64,000 bases of DNA, taken from Felis catus (Eukaryota). Under the pieces are notes generated by a model. The model was not told the origin of the DNA. It saw nothing but the letters and a program-made list of their open reading frames with translations, and did not search any database. The stretch's first letter is position 1. Every line of letters starts with the position of its first letter. A program made the translations under genes and the position numbers. The stretch covers positions 124,870,001 through 124,934,000 of the forward strand of contig NC_058368.1 of the NCBI RefSeq assembly GCF_018350175.1. Direction: 5' to 3'. Shown here piece after piece: positions 61,773 to 64,000 of the stretch.

Positions 61773-61990
61773 GGGGCACCTGGGTGGCTCAGTCCGTTAA
61801 GAATCCGACTTCGGCTCAGGTCATGATCTCACAGCCTGTGAGCTCAAGGCCCACGTCAGGCTTAATTCTGACCGCTTAGAGCGTAGAGCCTGCTTCGGAT
61901 TGTGTCTGTCTGTCTGTCTTGTCTCTCTTTCGGCCCCTTCCCCATTTGTGCTCTTTCTCAAAATAAATAAAAGTAAACATTAAAAAAATT
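61773..61990 (+). mobile_element. CAN-SINE inserted at the end of a MIR
   Basis: TSD AAGTACTCA; MIR-like GGAAAGTCACTTAACTTCTCTGACCCTCA upstream. Confidence 0.92.
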
Positions 61991-64000
61991 TTTTTAAGTA
62001 CTCATTAACTGTCAGGAATATCACTGCAAATAACTATGAAGACCAGTTAAAACTTTGTACAAATGGAGATGAGGTTAAGACACTCAAGGTTACCTTACTA
62101 ATTACCATTAGTTTAGAAAAGGTAATGTATATAGATTATGTGTCATCTTGAGAGGAATTTATTTTTTATTATTTTGAAATTATTTACTAGAATAATGGAA
62201 AACACAACTTTCAGAATTATGTGATATGGGATAAAGCATATCACTGGTAGTACATAGATTAAGGTTCTCATCACTTTGTGAGGACATAGGGCTGGTTTTC
62301 TGGGTTTGGTTTTCTCATCTGTGAAAAGAAGAGGTGACTTACATAATCTCTTGGTTCCCTTAAAGATCTAACAACTTTACAAAAATTTAATTTGAAAATT
62401 ACCGCTTGTGGCTGTATTTAGTTCTAATTACTGAAATGATTACTTTTGTGAACTTACATACTCTTGAAATTTTAAACCTGGATATCAGCCCTAACAAGAA
62501 ATACAAATGAAAATCAATGAAGGCCTAGAAAAGTGGAATCATGTTTATTAACTGACATTAAATGATGAGAAAATCCTTACTTTTTTTTAAAGCCTGTAAC
62601 TGTACTGGGAGTATAGTATTTTGCAAAGTGGAGAAAAATTAGGACTGAGTAATTAGCATGTTCATGTTTAACAGCTATGGTTAGAGAAGAGTTTTGAAAG
62701 TAACTTTGAATCTAATTTTTGGTAACTATACTGTTAAAAGCTGTTTTGTTTTTTGGGTTTTTTTGGTTTAGCTTTAATTGTATAAGGAAAGGATATCCCC
62801 AGGGATATCTTCTAACGAACAAAGCCCTCTTTTGTCTTTTTCCTAAATTTGTAAAGTTTTTCCATAAATGCCCATATGTATACATTCTTTTTTACTTAAA
62901 ACTTTAAAATGCATTGTTCAGTGACACTTAGTTGTATTGCTTCCTGATATTGAAAATTCAGATTTAACTGTATTGCGGGGGTTCTTTTCACATAATTTGG
63001 ACAGAGTTGGCAATTCCTAGAAAGTATGAATTTCATTATGAATTTTTTTTCTTTTTAATCTAATAGCTTGGTGCTCAAGTTCTAGAAGAATATGACTTTC
63101 AGGTAGGTTTGGAATAAGGCTTTTTAACTGACTTAATCACTGTTGATTGTACCAACTTGAAGCATAGCCACAGAAAATCTCTTGCCCATTGCTATTCTTC
63201 ATGTACAGAACTGAAGCTGCTTCTAATTCATTGCTGAGCACATCCAGTACTAATCACTGTTTGTCTTTGGATTCCTGGTACTGAAGAATACTTGACCTTT
63301 TCTGCTTCCATCACAACCCATACAGTTCCTGGATTTTGAATGTTGGGATCAGCTATTCAGATATTTGGGAGCACTTACTACATGCTGCTAGCACCTGATT
63401 TATCCACAGACACAGCTGTGATGAGAAATAGAGCAAAGTTCTTTTGAGTCTCAGTTGCAATTAGCACTATTCCTTTAGCTTATTGTGACTGATAACTAGC
63501 AAAAGTTTTTGTTACCACTGAATAAGGCAGGTAGACTGTCAATTTGCACAATGCAAACTGAAATCATCCTGCAGTTTTATAAATGCATGGTAGAACATTT
63601 CCTCCACTGCAAGAGGATTCTCTAGGAGTTTTAAATAATGCCAGAGATGTGTGAGAACAGAGCCTTCCGTTTTGAGGATTAGATCCATAAAGACACTTTG
63701 GGCATCCAAGAGAAAAGGTTTATGTTGCAAACTTCTTGATTTCTCTTCTCCCTCTTACTTCCTGGGCCAAGTTTTGGTGATAAAATCTAAAACCATCAGT
63801 GTCTGAAAGTCATCTTATCTCTAAATACAGCAACTTGCTAAGAATTAAATTGTGTAATATAATGCTTTATTCTGATTGAAGGTTCCCCAAAATACTGAAT
63901 GTCACAGATTTTAATTACTAAAAGCAAATGAGTAGAAATTTCTTATAGGAGTAGAGAATATGGTTGGCCATATACCGAGCCAAGGTGAAATTTTTGTTTC

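Larger units (their letters stand above)
47376..64000 (+). other. MAP3K1: MAP3K1 intron 1 (continues beyond the window)
   Basis: Starts at the GTGAG donor. I found no sequence encoding the expected continuation (REMENKETLKG...) downstream. Confidence 0.85.

Noticed and set aside
1..64000. CRISPR arrays, operons or other prokaryotic or viral systems
   Set aside because: Clearly mammalian DNA. I saw no regularly spaced repeat-spacer structure and no foreign coding block.

Overview
Eukaryotic DNA from a cat-family (Felidae) genome, judged from about 38 CAN-SINEs of the felid SINEC_Fc type. The only intact gene is MAP3K1 (MEKK1) on the + strand: CpG-island promoter (~45.7-48.4 kb), coding exon 1 (46894-47375, 482 nt) and the first ~16.6 kb of intron 1; I did not find exon 2. 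About 30 kb upstream is a 5'-truncated, catalytically dead processed pseudogene of DUSP5 (~14185-16691) with 3'UTR and A-rich tail, interrupted by two SINEs. The rest is interspersed repeats (CAN-SINE, L1, L2/MIR, MLT2 and LTR16-like LTRs, Tigger/Charlie DNA elements) and microsatellites. Almost all other ORFs in the track are repeat or GC artefacts. Most interesting observations: (1) a CpG-retaining patch with an NRF1-like motif at the 5' end of the DUSP5 retrocopy, next to minus-strand splice donors; (2) an apparently circularly permuted L1 3' fragment inside a Tigger-like element; (3) a three-level nested SINE with both target-site duplications (TSDs) intact; (4) an ATG-TAG start-stop element 13 nt before the MAP3K1 start codon; (5) an antisense SINE that could form a poison exon in intron 1. 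I see no firm evidence of a wholly new biological system. Family names come from remembered consensus sequences, not database searches, and repeat boundaries are approximate.
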